A stretch of DNA of 64,000 nt, from positions 4,784 to 68,783 of IMG/VR virus record IMGVR_UViG_3300037882_001881, one strand, 5' to 3'. The notes under the pieces were generated by a model that searched no databases, was not told the origin of the DNA, and saw only the letters and a program-made list of their open reading frames with translations. Source of the stretch: a virus. This document shows, in pieces, positions 19,306 through 30,034 of the stretch (position 1 is the first letter of the stretch; each line of letters opens with the position of its first letter). Made by a program: the position numbers and the translations under genes.

Positions 19306-20685
19306 CTATTTCAAGTACCAATCGGCATTACCGTAGTCTGTTCGCAAATCTTGATTGCTGTTGAACGGGCCACCCTGGTAATAGTTCGGGATCGACTTCC
19401 CGGTGATCGGGTCTACAACTGTCGTGAAACCGTCTTTGTTCGTCTGAGGATGCTCGATGGCCACTTCCGGCGACCCTGGCACATAGTCTCTCGCTTGAAC
19501 CTCCGGCTGATACGCAACCGCCGCTTTGCCGCCCTGGTAGTTGCCCCACTGATCAGGGAACGCCGAAAACAGGTCCAGATACCCCGACTTTCCGCCCCAA
19601 GGATCGTACCCCAAGTCGTAAAACGCTCCATCAAAGTAATCCGCAAATCCGCCGCCCGGTTTCCCTCGCGAGGAATACAGCAAATCCGACTGCCGAAACA
19701 GATTACTCGGACTGCTCGGATCGAGGTTCCACGAAGACCCGCCGTATGCGGTGATCATGTTCTGCTTGTGTTGCTCGAAGTACGGTAACCACGCATCAAG
19801 CTCGCTCCCCTTGTAGGTCTGCTTTTCCCCCGTCGCTCCGTTCGTAAAGGTCCAGGGTTCTTCCAGTCTGTTCTGGTAGTCTTGATTCACCCAATCGTTG
19901 TATTCTTGCTGACTCGGTGTGTAGTACCCTGCCGCCACCGCTGCCTGAGCTTTCACTTCCGGCTGGTATGCCACCTCCGGTTGTTCGGCGACCGCAGGAG
20001 CAATGACCTCCTTCCAGGCAGGGTTCACCGATTTCGTGGCCCAATCCGACTGATTCCACCATGAGTCTTGCTGTGCGGCCCTGTCCTGAGCCAACTGATT
20101 GAACTTCCCGTTCCAATCGCCCATCCACTTGCCGTACAGGTTGTTCGCGACTTCCCCGGCAAGGTTCTGAGGAATCAGGGCGTTTTCAAGGAATGAATTG
20201 GCGTTTGCCTTGGCGGATGTCAGTGTTCCATAGGGAAGGTAATCCAATGGATTCCCGGTCTTGCCACTCGCAGGGCCACCCCATTCGAGCTGATTGACTC
20301 CATAGGGATTTGAATTGTTAGCGACCCCTGCGTACTGATACGCGGACGGGATCGCACTACCCGCCATCGCCACATTGCGATCCACATACCCTGACCCTGA
20401 GTAATTAGCTGTCCCCTGACTGTTTGGAATGTATGCCGCTCGCTTATCTCCCTCGTCGCTCGGCAGAGTTCCGTTAATGACTTGGTTCAGATACGACAGG
20501 TATGACCCTTGCCGATTCGCCGCCAGGGTTCCAGTTTTCGTTGCCGCTGATGTTTGCTGCGTTGCCCCAGGAATCGACTGGTAGCCCCCTTGAGCCTGTT
20601 GACGAACAACCTGAGCATACGGAGTCGAACCCGCATCGGATTCACCCTGCAACGGCTTGGAGTAATTATCGAAGGCCGTAACCAC
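19306..20685 (-). CDS. Putative virion protein
   Basis: 459 aa, Gly/Tyr/Asn-rich, repeated AYQPEV motif; translationally coupled. Confidence 0.6.
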   Translation of the reverse strand: MVTAFDNYSKPLQGESDAGSTPYAQVVRQQAQGGYQSIPGATQQTSAATKTGTLAANRQGSYLSYLNQVINGTLPSDEGDKRAAYIPNSQGTANYSGSGYVDRNVAMAGSAIPSAYQYAGVANNSNPYGVNQLEWGGPASGKTGNPLDYLPYGTLTSAKANANSFLENALIPQNLAGEVANNLYGKWMGDWNGKFNQLAQDRAAQQDSWWNQSDWATKSVNPAWKEVIAPAVAEQPEVAYQPEVKAQAAVAAGYYTPSQQEYNDWVNQDYQNRLEEPWTFTNGATGEKQTYKGSELDAWLPYFEQHKQNMITAYGGSSWNLDPSSPSNLFRQSDLLYSSRGKPGGGFADYFDGAFYDLGYDPWGGKSGYLDLFSAFPDQWGNYQGGKAAVAYQPEVQARDYVPGSPEVAIEHPQTNKDGFTTVVDPITGKSIPNYYQGGPFNSNQDLRTDYGNADWYLK

Positions 20686-20921
20686 TATCCGCCCCCGTAT
20701 CGCTTGTCTCGGTTTGGTGTCGGTTGAAACGTCGATCCGCTTCGCTTCGTCAACGAGAACGAACCCAATGCTCTCGTCAACGGTGCGAAACTGTCCGACT
20801 TCTGGCTGATGATCCCTGACCCCTGCTTCGCAACAGCGTCGGCACAGTCTTTCTGAGTGGCACCAGTTAGCCCGGTGTCAGAATCTCGCCACAGGTTTAT
20901 TGTCGGGTCAAACGTAATCAA
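20685..20921 (-). CDS. Small hypothetical virion-module protein
   Basis: TTG start overlapping nozzle stop; stop overlaps next start. Confidence 0.45.
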   Translation of the reverse strand: MITFDPTINLWRDSDTGLTGATQKDCADAVAKQGSGIISQKSDSFAPLTRALGSFSLTKRSGSTFQPTPNRDKRYGGG

Positions 20922-23900
20922 TTTCTTACCTTCGTCAGACCGACATTGATGCGTTCCATTGACCAAGGCCCGGACGACCTCGACCCCTTGAAGTAAATCA
21001 CCCTGCCTCGCACTCGACGGCGACTCACAATGTTGCTGTTGACGGTTCCGTAGCTCACCCCCGGAGAAGCCAATGCCGCCTCGGCAGTATCCCCGTACAA
21101 CACCGACCACGAGGACAACCCGGTCTGCTCCGCCATCAAGCTCTCGACGACAACTCGGCCAGGGAACTGACTCACAGGTCCGATCGTCACGTAAGACTGG
21201 TACGCCGTGTCGTCGTCAGTCGTAGCGCTCGGATTGAGATAGAGAATCCGTCCGTCCCTGGTTCCGAACCCTAACTTGCGGTCATTCGACGAATCACCAT
21301 CCAGCGGAGTCACCGCCAATGGGTGCATCACATCGGTCGCAAACCGACACTTGAACCAGCCTTCGGTCCCGGCGTCGAAGAAGTACCAATACGGAGTCGC
21401 CGACAGGCTGTAAGGCGTCAGGAAGACATGCACCCCTTGCAGGTAGTTATCCCACATCAGGGACGGAACGTAGGCATCAAGATCGACTCCGATCATCCGC
21501 TCGACACCCAATGTCGTCAGACGGTCGGTCATAATCTGAGCGGGCGTGTTCAATCGCAGACGGTAGACACCGCCAGTTCGACCGAAGAAGTAAACCTGCC
21601 CCAACGGGTCTTTGCACCACGCTCGACCGAACGCCATGCCGGTCCCTGCCGCCGAGGTAATCTCGTCGAACACCGCACCCGCTGCCGGATCGCCGCTCCA
21701 CTGGTACAACCCGTTGTCACCCCCCAGGATCGCTAAGTCGTTGTTGTACGGAATCAGCCCGGTCATCACTCCGCCAGGAAACAACCCTGCCTTCGACAGA
21801 TTCCCGTTGAACGGAGCATCGACGTCACTGATTGACCCCGCCGCAGGGTACGACCAATTGTCCCAAGTGAATCGGCGAGTCGCCCAATAGTTCTGCGGAT
21901 CGCCGTCCATGCCGAACTGGACAACTCGATCCCGCCATGTTTCCACGCATCTCGGTGTCGATCCGTTCGCCGAAGGGAACGTCCCTGATGACGGCACCCA
22001 CGCCTTCAATTGACCGACCGAAGCGTCGTACATCAGCTTGTTCGTGCCGTCCGCAAACAGTACCAAATATCCGAGACTTGCCGCCCGAACAACCCTGGAC
22101 GTGCTGAACGTCCCGCCGGAAATCGTCGCCGGACTCGTCCCGATGCTAACGTCGAACAGCTTGCCACCTGCGATTGCCAGGGTCGTCAGCACGTGAGCCG
22201 ATGGGAGCCTGACATCCTCGACCGTGATTGCCAGAGTTGATGGCGTCACCGCTGCGTAATCCGCATCACTGGACGTCACCGAACTGGTGATCGACACCAC
22301 GACCGGGCCTTCCGATGTCGCATCAGCCACCCCTGTAACCGTCAGGTATTGCGACGTCGCGTAGTTCGCCGTCGTGAACGTCAGGGACGAAGTGACCGTC
22401 GCCTGACTCACATCCGAGCTTGTGAAGTTCACAGTCACGTTTGACGTCGGAGCACGACCAAGACGCAACCCGATCTGAAGAGTCGATCCCTCCTTGACGG
22501 ACCCTGCTGTCGCCCCGAACGTGTAGGCGACAGGGACATCCAGAACCGTGATCGTCAAATCACTCGGATTCAGCGAGTTGTAATTCGTGTCGCTCGACGA
22601 CTGCGTGGTCGTGATCGTCACCGTCGAATCTGACGTCACCGTTCCGCTGGTAATCGTAATGAACTGGTCGGTCGATGCCGTACTGTTTGCGGCGAACGTC
22701 AGGGACGAAGGAGACACCGTCGCCTTCCCTGTGTCTGAACTGGAGAAGCTGACCGTCACCGACGAACTCGGCGTCGATCCCAGCCGCAGTGGAATCTGGA
22801 CCGTCGATCCACCCTCGTTGAGCGTCGCTGCCGTTGCCCCGAAAAGGTAGCTCGTGATCGAGTCGTCCACATTCACGAGCACATCTTGCGGGTCTACTGC
22901 CGCGTAACGTCGATCAGTCGTCACCACCGTTGACGAGACCGTCACCAAATCCGTAGACTCTGACGTCGCATCCAACACGCCAAACACGAACACGCTCTTG
23001 GCGGTCGAATAATCCGCTGCCGTCCATGATAACGTGACCGACGTCGCTTTCGTCCCTGTCTGTGAAGTCGCCAACAGGGCCGTTTGCGGCTTGTCGCTGG
23101 TGAACGTGACCGAGACCGTGGTTCCAGGGTCGGGAGCCACCCCCAACGTCACTGTGAAGCTGTCGTAGGTTCGCTCGGTGATGCTGAAGGCAGTCTTCGA
23201 GTACAGGAAGCTCGCCGGGCTTCTGCCGCTGATCCCGGTCGTGTAGTCGATCATCCGAACGTAGTTGGACACTCCGGCCCTGATATTCGCCGCCGCTGTG
23301 TAGCCGACCGTTGCCGACCACAATTGCGTCAGGTCGTGACTCAGACCCACCACGTCCGCACTGCCGGTGTACCCCGCCGCGATCCAGCCCCACGGGGCAG
23401 GGGCGCACCATTCAAGGTTCGCGTTGGAGAGCGGATTTCCGGTCGCACCCGCTCCACCGTCCGACATCGAGAAGACTCTCGCATGAGGCGTCGTCCCTGC
23501 CGCCGTTCGATGCACAACCAACGCCGTATTCGTATCGCCGTTGTAAGCCACCGACGAATACTGCTCCGCCCGCTGATCGACGATTGGGACTTCCTGAGCG
23601 CTCAACGTCTGCGATGCCACGCTTGACGATGTGATCGCTGTCGTGACTGCCGTTGGTGATGCCAGGGTGTTCGGGAACGGATACGTGGCAATCACGTCGT
23701 AACTGTTCGAGCTGCTCGGAGCCACTTGGTTGAACGTCGATAGTAAGACCTGAGTCTTATCTGACCGCTGGCCCATCGCAATCAACTGCTGAGGTGCCGT
23801 GACACAGGGTCCGGTGAATGTCCCTGACGGCAACGCCACAAGTTGATCGGAGTCGATCGCTACGCCAGTATCGCACCGATACCCCTGGAGATGCGTCGTC

Positions 23901-26900
23901 GTGTAATCGCTGCTCGCCGTTGGGTACGACCCTGTTTCCGCGAGAACGATCCGAGGCGTCACTCCGTTCCCTGAAAGAATCGTCATCGCCCCGTGCCGAG
24001 CGACGTTCGCCGTACTGACGCCAATCCCGTTGACGAGTTTTGGAGTCGCTGTGCCGCCCTTTGGGCCGATCACCAATCCGCCGGTTGCAGACAATAGCCC
24101 GGCACTCGTCATGGCCAACTTCAACACCATCTGCTTGTCGTTACCGGAGACCGGGGCCGGTGTCGTAAAGTCGGCGATCGACATGCCCGTCAACGCACCA
24201 ACCCAAATCCATACGAACGAACTCGACGAATCCTGAACCGTCATGCCGTATATTGAGCTTCCTGCCGCAATCGTAAACAGGCTCGTTGCCGATGTAATCG
24301 CCGTCCCTGTTTTGTCCCTGACCTCGTACTGTACTTGCTGCTTCGAGGCAGTTCCGACCTGCGTCACAGGGGCATTCTGAGAATGCGTCGAAACCGCAGT
24401 ATTGTTAATCCCGCGAGTCACCGTGAACGTGTTCGAGCTGATTGCCGTCACGCTCATCTGCTCATTGTCGATCTGGATGGTGAATGGCAACAGGGTCGAA
24501 CCAGGGAACGACGACGCACTTGCCACCGTCACCGATTGACCGCCCGCATTCGCCACGCCGCTCGCTGCATTGAAGTTCTTCGCAACGGTCGCACCCTGAC
24601 CATGATTCTTTGCCAGGGCCGCAGTTCTCGTGACCGTCACCACACTGGTTGTCGTATTGATCGCCGTAACCGTCATTACTTCCGACTGAGCGGTCCCTGC
24701 ATCCACAACGATTGGGTAGTTCGAGACCGTGGCGTTTCCGCTGGCGGGGGCGAACGGCAACAGGGCCGCATTCGTGACCGTCAGTGTCGTGTCGCCCGTG
24801 TCAGCAACAGTCGCCGTTCCAGTGGAACCAACCAGGGTAATATCCACCCCTGACGCATGGTCTACCACCTGAGTCCCATTCACTCCGCGAGTCACCGTGA
24901 ACGTATTCGTTGACAGTGACGCAACGGACATCTCCTCGTTCTCAATGCGAATCGTGTAAGGCCCGGTCGTCGGAAATGTTGCCGCACTCGCCGACACAAC
25001 GCTTGTGCTGGGAGACCCTGTCAGTGTCGTCGTGACCGGAGTCTTCAAGGCGACCGTGGTTCCGACCGTTGGGTGATCGACAGGGTTCGGACGAGTGACT
25101 GTCACAGTATTCGTCGCAATAGACGAAACCGTCATTTCCTCGCTCTCAACCTTGATCACATATCCGCCGGTCGCTGGCAGCAACGCTCCGTTATCGACCG
25201 TGAACGTCGTCACGTTATTGGTCGTCAGGGTCGTGGATGAATACGTCGCCGCTGCCCCTCCAACAGCTACCGTATCCAGGGACACAGTAGCCCCGCTGAG
25301 GTGACTTGATATCGTCGTTGCCACTCCGTTCGACCCTGCGACTCCGCGAGCAACAATCGTCAACGAGGTTGAACTCGCCCTGGTGCAAGTCATCCGCTCA
25401 GTTCCCACCAGCACATTGAACTGACCGGACGTCGGAAATGTGCCGACACTCGGAGCCGTCACCGTCAGGGACGTAGCCCCCGTGCTCGTCACGGTTGTCG
25501 ATGGGGATTGAACCAGGGTCACGGTAGCGTTCGCCGCATGGGCTGCCGCCGTCGTCCCGAACTGAGCACGCACCAAGCCGCTGAACGTCGTGGTTGAACC
25601 GCCCGTAACCTTGATGATCTCGCTGTCTATCTGGACGTAGAAGAAATTCGTGGTCGTTCTCTGGCTTGGAAACAACCCCAAACTTGCGGAATCTGAAGCC
25701 ATAACAAACGCCGTTGACGCACTCGTCATCGAAGACGACAACTTCGACACGGCGAACATCGTGACCGTGGTACCCGTCTGATGATTCGCAGGGTCAGAAG
25801 TCACCGTCCCTGAACCAGAAACGTAATCGACCCCTCTCGTCAGGGTTGTCAGCGTGTTTGTGGCTGCTGTTCTACCTCCGACCCGAATCCGCTCGTTGTT
25901 GATCTGAATACCGAACGTACCGCTCGTCGGGAACCCTGCAAGGCTCGCCACCTTCAGGGCCGAAGTCTCCGCACTGGTGATCCCCGACAGAGCGTCAGCC
26001 GACAGTGCCGTGCTGGCATACGGAACAACGCTAGCTCCGTAGGAATGAGCCGCCGGACTCCCTGAGCGAGTCACCGTGAATGTCTTCGTGGTCGTATTGA
26101 GTCCGCTCGCCCCGACCGTCATTACCTCGCCGTCCACCTGAATGCTGTACGAACCTGCGGACGCAAACGGGAATGGAGTCGTGCTCCCGACCGTGAACGT
26201 CGTCGCCGATGTGTTGATCCCTGATGTCAGGGCCGCAGACAACGCCGCCGTCGCACTGCGGATCGTCGAACCCGCCGCGTGAGCCGCTGGAGTTGTGCTG
26301 TTGTAACCGCGAGTCGTTATGTTCAATCCGTTGCCAGTTCGCCCCGTACAAAGGATTGTTTCCGAGTCGATAGTCACACAAAACGCACCGCTGCTTGGGA
26401 ATCCGCTCCCGTCAGCCACAAGCAACGCACCCGATCCAGTGGTCCCTGATGCCAGCGAGCTGTCAAGCGTCGTGGACAGGGTCGTCTTGCCGTAGAGCGT
26501 CACCGCCGCTCCAGTTGGATGCCTCGTCTTTGTCGTGCCGTGTGACTCACGAGTTACCGTCAACGCAGTCCCGCTCTTAGCCGTCACCCGCATCAACTCG
26601 TTATCGACGCTAATCGTGAACGGGGCCGCAGGATAGAACGGAGCGGCACTCGACACATTCAGGGTCGTCGCACTGTCTGTCACCCCTGAATAGCACGCCG
26701 CAGACAACGACGTCGAACCCACCAGTGTAACGGTCGCACCCTGATTGTGTGACGCCGCCTGAGTGTCGTTGTAGTGCCTGCTCGTCACGGACAACGAGTT
26801 ACCCGTGACGCTCGCAATCTTGATCTGTTCTTGATCAATCTGAACGACGAAGTTCGTCAGGGACACACCCGCCGGGGTCACAAACACAGCCCCGTTCGTG

Positions 26901-27601
26901 ACCTGAATCGTCGTGTCGGAATCACTCAGGCTGCTGTAGACCGCCGTCGCCAACGTGCTCGATCCGCTGGCGTCCTTCGCCCTGGTCAAGATGACCGCTC
27001 GCCCGGTCTGAGTCCACGCAGACGCCAAATACGTCGCCTTCGGATCGGTATTGCGGTACGCCGTCTTCGTTGCCGTCCAAACTCCGGTCGTCGCATTCTG
27101 GACCGGGGTAATCATCACATACCCAGCATCAACGCCGTCACCCGGAAGAATGACCGTTCCGTCTCCCGCCGGATTCATCTGGAAGTTTGCCGCAGGGCCG
27201 GTCAAAGTCGTCGGAGCACCTCCCGATGGCGGAGCACTCAACGCCGCCTGACCGGAAGCGGTCGAGCTGGCCACAACCGAGTTCGTCGTCGTCGGCCCTG
27301 GCTGCGGAGTAATCGTCGTGTTGGTCGGGACATTTCCCGCCGGAACGGTCCCCTGCGACGCATTCGCTTGAATCAAGCATTGGATCGCATTGCTGCCGTC
27401 CAGGGCCGCAGAATGCCGCGTCGATCCGTGCCGAGACCCACCACGTTTCCGCTTGGTCCGACTGTCGATCACCAGCATATTAAGCATGTCTGGTGACGTC
27501 GCCTGATCCTGGCGATACAAGGCACTGCTCTCGTCGATCCCCTTCTCAGGGAACGGCAGGTCAATCGCTTGGTCGTCGCTCTGGTCCGGTTGATCGGGCA
27601 T
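20918..27601 (-). CDS. Tail nozzle / head-stabilisation-like protein with large insertion of beta-rich adhesin repeats (2227 aa)
   Basis: Nozzle-like N-terminus and C-terminal propeller-like region (WRDRVVQFG...YWAT, YWYFFD...GWF); about ten repeats IQIDxExMxVT...TVTRG...AxHxxGATV, then three Calx-beta/Ig-like units. Confidence 0.7.
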   Translation of the reverse strand: MPDQPDQSDDQAIDLPFPEKGIDESSALYRQDQATSPDMLNMLVIDSRTKRKRGGSRHGSTRHSAALDGSNAIQCLIQANASQGTVPAGNVPTNTTITPQPGPTTTNSVVASSTASGQAALSAPPSGGAPTTLTGPAANFQMNPAGDGTVILPGDGVDAGYVMITPVQNATTGVWTATKTAYRNTDPKATYLASAWTQTGRAVILTRAKDASGSSTLATAVYSSLSDSDTTIQVTNGAVFVTPAGVSLTNFVVQIDQEQIKIASVTGNSLSVTSRHYNDTQAASHNQGATVTLVGSTSLSAACYSGVTDSATTLNVSSAAPFYPAAPFTISVDNELMRVTAKSGTALTVTRESHGTTKTRHPTGAAVTLYGKTTLSTTLDSSLASGTTGSGALLVADGSGFPSSGAFCVTIDSETILCTGRTGNGLNITTRGYNSTTPAAHAAGSTIRSATAALSAALTSGINTSATTFTVGSTTPFPFASAGSYSIQVDGEVMTVGASGLNTTTKTFTVTRSGSPAAHSYGASVVPYASTALSADALSGITSAETSALKVASLAGFPTSGTFGIQINNERIRVGGRTAATNTLTTLTRGVDYVSGSGTVTSDPANHQTGTTVTMFAVSKLSSSMTSASTAFVMASDSASLGLFPSQRTTTNFFYVQIDSEIIKVTGGSTTTFSGLVRAQFGTTAAAHAANATVTLVQSPSTTVTSTGATSLTVTAPSVGTFPTSGQFNVLVGTERMTCTRASSTSLTIVARGVAGSNGVATTISSHLSGATVSLDTVAVGGAAATYSSTTLTTNNVTTFTVDNGALLPATGGYVIKVESEEMTVSSIATNTVTVTRPNPVDHPTVGTTVALKTPVTTTLTGSPSTSVVSASAATFPTTGPYTIRIENEEMSVASLSTNTFTVTRGVNGTQVVDHASGVDITLVGSTGTATVADTGDTTLTVTNAALLPFAPASGNATVSNYPIVVDAGTAQSEVMTVTAINTTTSVVTVTRTAALAKNHGQGATVAKNFNAASGVANAGGQSVTVASASSFPGSTLLPFTIQIDNEQMSVTAISSNTFTVTRGINNTAVSTHSQNAPVTQVGTASKQQVQYEVRDKTGTAITSATSLFTIAAGSSIYGMTVQDSSSSFVWIWVGALTGMSIADFTTPAPVSGNDKQMVLKLAMTSAGLLSATGGLVIGPKGGTATPKLVNGIGVSTANVARHGAMTILSGNGVTPRIVLAETGSYPTASSDYTTTHLQGYRCDTGVAIDSDQLVALPSGTFTGPCVTAPQQLIAMGQRSDKTQVLLSTFNQVAPSSSNSYDVIATYPFPNTLASPTAVTTAITSSSVASQTLSAQEVPIVDQRAEQYSSVAYNGDTNTALVVHRTAAGTTPHARVFSMSDGGAGATGNPLSNANLEWCAPAPWGWIAAGYTGSADVVGLSHDLTQLWSATVGYTAAANIRAGVSNYVRMIDYTTGISGRSPASFLYSKTAFSITERTYDSFTVTLGVAPDPGTTVSVTFTSDKPQTALLATSQTGTKATSVTLSWTAADYSTAKSVFVFGVLDATSESTDLVTVSSTVVTTDRRYAAVDPQDVLVNVDDSITSYLFGATAATLNEGGSTVQIPLRLGSTPSSSVTVSFSSSDTGKATVSPSSLTFAANSTASTDQFITITSGTVTSDSTVTITTTQSSSDTNYNSLNPSDLTITVLDVPVAYTFGATAGSVKEGSTLQIGLRLGRAPTSNVTVNFTSSDVSQATVTSSLTFTTANYATSQYLTVTGVADATSEGPVVVSITSSVTSSDADYAAVTPSTLAITVEDVRLPSAHVLTTLAIAGGKLFDVSIGTSPATISGGTFSTSRVVRAASLGYLVLFADGTNKLMYDASVGQLKAWVPSSGTFPSANGSTPRCVETWRDRVVQFGMDGDPQNYWATRRFTWDNWSYPAAGSISDVDAPFNGNLSKAGLFPGGVMTGLIPYNNDLAILGGDNGLYQWSGDPAAGAVFDEITSAAGTGMAFGRAWCKDPLGQVYFFGRTGGVYRLRLNTPAQIMTDRLTTLGVERMIGVDLDAYVPSLMWDNYLQGVHVFLTPYSLSATPYWYFFDAGTEGWFKCRFATDVMHPLAVTPLDGDSSNDRKLGFGTRDGRILYLNPSATTDDDTAYQSYVTIGPVSQFPGRVVVESLMAEQTGLSSWSVLYGDTAEAALASPGVSYGTVNSNIVSRRRVRGRVIYFKGSRSSGPWSMERINVGLTKVRN

Positions 27602-28575
27602 CAGTCAGGGTCCATTGGATCACGCCAGCGCAAACTGCCCTGGACAAGTGGGTAAACATCACCGTTCGCCAATGTCGCCGAAGCGTAAAGCCGCTTGTTG
27701 ACGACCGGCACTTGAATCGACGTTACCGAATGCGGCACGTCGAAATGAATCGCCTGATCGACACCAAACGGCACTTCCACCGTACCGACAACAATGCTCC
27801 CGCCCCCTGCTATTCCATCGGCTCCCTGGCCTTGCAGATACAGCCGAACGGTAGCGTCGGTCAGGTCGGGCCATGTTCCCAAGGAATTCGTGTACCGAAC
27901 ACTGTTACCATTGCGGTAATTGTGGTCGAAACCAATCAACAGGGTCAGCGGGTCCGCATTGAACGTCGTGACGGATATCCCCCCGGCACTCGGCATCCGA
28001 CTACTGACCGCCGCATCCAACAGGGACAAGTCGATCCCTGTCGGGAAGATCGCAAACTTACTCGTCACATCTGGCGTCACCGCCCACGTGCTGCGAACCG
28101 TTGCCACACGAGCTGTCGAGTACCCTTCGATCAGATTGCTCTGCCCGGCCCCTGTCCCGTCATAGATGTAAATTGTGTGGTTCTGGTACAGGTCCAGGGT
28201 CGTCGGTGCCCCGCCATCCAGGGTCACGGTCGTCGCCGTCCCGCCGGAACACGTCCCGTTTCGGACGATCGGCGAGAACTCAGTTTGGATCGCAATGTGT
28301 TGGTCACACCATTCGGACCCTGCGGCATCCGAGAATATCACCGAGATGTTGTCCCCGGTCATTTCCGCTGCCGACAGACTGACTGTCACAATCTTGCCGC
28401 TGGCTGTCGGCAGGGTCGTAATGTTGCTCAGCGTGCCGCCGTCAACACGGACCTTAACATCCCCTGCCGCCAGAGTAGGCGAGCTTTGGAATGTCGTCCC
28501 TGTCGCCTGAGACGTCAACACCGTCTCAAAGACAAACGCCTCTCCCCGTTTCGGTGGTGCGTAACTCAGCATCAT
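27601..28575 (-). CDS. Virion structural protein (tail-associated)
   Basis: Thr/Ser/Gly-rich beta protein; C-terminal LIGFDH...GTWPDL...LRWRDP domain shared with 30822-32165. Confidence 0.65.
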   Translation of the reverse strand: MMLSYAPPKRGEAFVFETVLTSQATGTTFQSSPTLAAGDVKVRVDGGTLSNITTLPTASGKIVTVSLSAAEMTGDNISVIFSDAAGSEWCDQHIAIQTEFSPIVRNGTCSGGTATTVTLDGGAPTTLDLYQNHTIYIYDGTGAGQSNLIEGYSTARVATVRSTWAVTPDVTSKFAIFPTGIDLSLLDAAVSSRMPSAGGISVTTFNADPLTLLIGFDHNYRNGNSVRYTNSLGTWPDLTDATVRLYLQGQGADGIAGGGSIVVGTVEVPFGVDQAIHFDVPHSVTSIQVPVVNKRLYASATLANGDVYPLVQGSLRWRDPMDPD

Positions 28576-29120
28576 CGAACCTTTCTGGCCAACAACTGGT
28601 ATTCCGCGTCGATAACCTCCATCCGGTTACTGTAGATCGACAGGAACGGATCGACCGCCTGACGCACTTCCTGCATGACAGGGTTTCTCGCGTCATAATC
28701 ATCCCACAGCAGGAACCCTCCAGGTGCCAGCAGCTCGTAACACAGAACTGACTCCAGGAGAGTTCTGTCCGGCTTATGACTACTGTCAATGTAGATCACA
28801 TCCAGACTGCCCTGCGGTATCGCGTCACTTCTCACGAGAGACACGATATCCCCATCCATCCAGAACCCTTTCGGACCAGGGTTAGGCCATTCCAGAACGC
28901 CCAACTTCGACAGTCGGTCTACCGCCACCTTCTTCGCTTCAGGGATTGGAGTCCCCCCCCAATCCCAAATATCCACCCCGAAGTACATGGACCCAGGCCG
29001 GGCGAAAATAGACTCGATTACCCGCACTGCCGTTGACGCTTCGTGGATACCGACTTCCAAGAATCGGACAGGGCCGTCATGCAACAGGTTGTTGATAAAT
29101 ACCTTTGCGCGATCTCTCAT
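28572..29120 (-). CDS. Class I SAM-dependent methyltransferase (Methyltransf_24-like)
   Basis: FLEVGIHEAST, GVDIW, LDVIYIDSSH, LAPGGFLLWDDY. Confidence 0.88.
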   Translation of the reverse strand: MRDRAKVFINNLLHDGPVRFLEVGIHEASTAVRVIESIFARPGSMYFGVDIWDWGGTPIPEAKKVAVDRLSKLGVLEWPNPGPKGFWMDGDIVSLVRSDAIPQGSLDVIYIDSSHKPDRTLLESVLCYELLAPGGFLLWDDYDARNPVMQEVRQAVDPFLSIYSNRMEVIDAEYQLLARKVR

Positions 29121-30034
29121 GCGACACTCCCCCAATCCAAAAGCCGGGCCTTAGACGCCGACACTTCTTGCTCCACCCACTTCAGGGACTTCTTGTGTAG
29201 TTCGGCCCCGTAGAGCTTGCTGCCGGTGAATGATCGACAGTGGACAAGGTTGTGATCCTCGAACTTCTCGTAGTTCGTCTCGTGCCCGATTAGATGCGGC
29301 TTCATCCCCAAGGCGTTCAGGAGTAACCCGAACGACGTCTCCGTGTCTGGCCAGCCCATCGTCGATCGAGTTACACCAAACTGATGGTGCGATCGTTCAA
29401 AGGACCACGACGCCCCAATCCTCAACAGGGTTGGTACGTCAAATAGCGTCGCCGTATGAGACACCATTCCTCGCCATTGACTAGTCAACCATTCCCTGGA
29501 CGACATCTCGTATCCGACCGCCACTGATTGCGTCGCTTCTTGAATCCTTACGAGTTCTTCCAGATAGTCTCGACGCTTCAGGAACACGTCGTCGTGCGTC
29601 GTGTAGAGGTATCTCGTGTGGCACGTCGCCAACGCCAAATCCAACGAAGCGCCAACTGGAGCAGACGAGTGCCGCCAAGCACGCGACCGAATTGAGTGAA
29701 CCTCGACGTCGTCGGAGTCCGCGAACCGGCGATTCAGTCTGATCAGATTGTCCCACTCGCTACCAGTATCGACGATAATCACATAAGGACGTTCCGTCTG
29801 TGCCCGCAACAGGTCAACGACAACCTCCAGTGAATCCGCTGGATCAAGCACCGCCAGCGTCGCGGTGATACGGTACTCCCACGGCTTCTTGGCCAAGCTC
29901 CCTTCCCACGGCAACGACGACGTCGGACGATCCTTCAGCGGAGCTGTTCGATACGACGAACAGCCCCTCAGTTCTTCAGGGGCCGGAAGTGGCACCGCTT
30001 GCGATTTCGCACGATGCGGAATTTGACGACTCAA
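29117..30034 (-). CDS. Glycosyltransferase family 2 (GT-A fold)
   Basis: LRAQT..YVIIVDTGS, YLYTTHDDVF (DxD-like); TTG start with GGAGG RBS. Confidence 0.85.
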   Translation of the reverse strand: MSRQIPHRAKSQAVPLPAPEELRGCSSYRTAPLKDRPTSSLPWEGSLAKKPWEYRITATLAVLDPADSLEVVVDLLRAQTERPYVIIVDTGSEWDNLIRLNRRFADSDDVEVHSIRSRAWRHSSAPVGASLDLALATCHTRYLYTTHDDVFLKRRDYLEELVRIQEATQSVAVGYEMSSREWLTSQWRGMVSHTATLFDVPTLLRIGASWSFERSHHQFGVTRSTMGWPDTETSFGLLLNALGMKPHLIGHETNYEKFEDHNLVHCRSFTGSKLYGAELHKKSLKWVEQEVSASKARLLDWGSVA

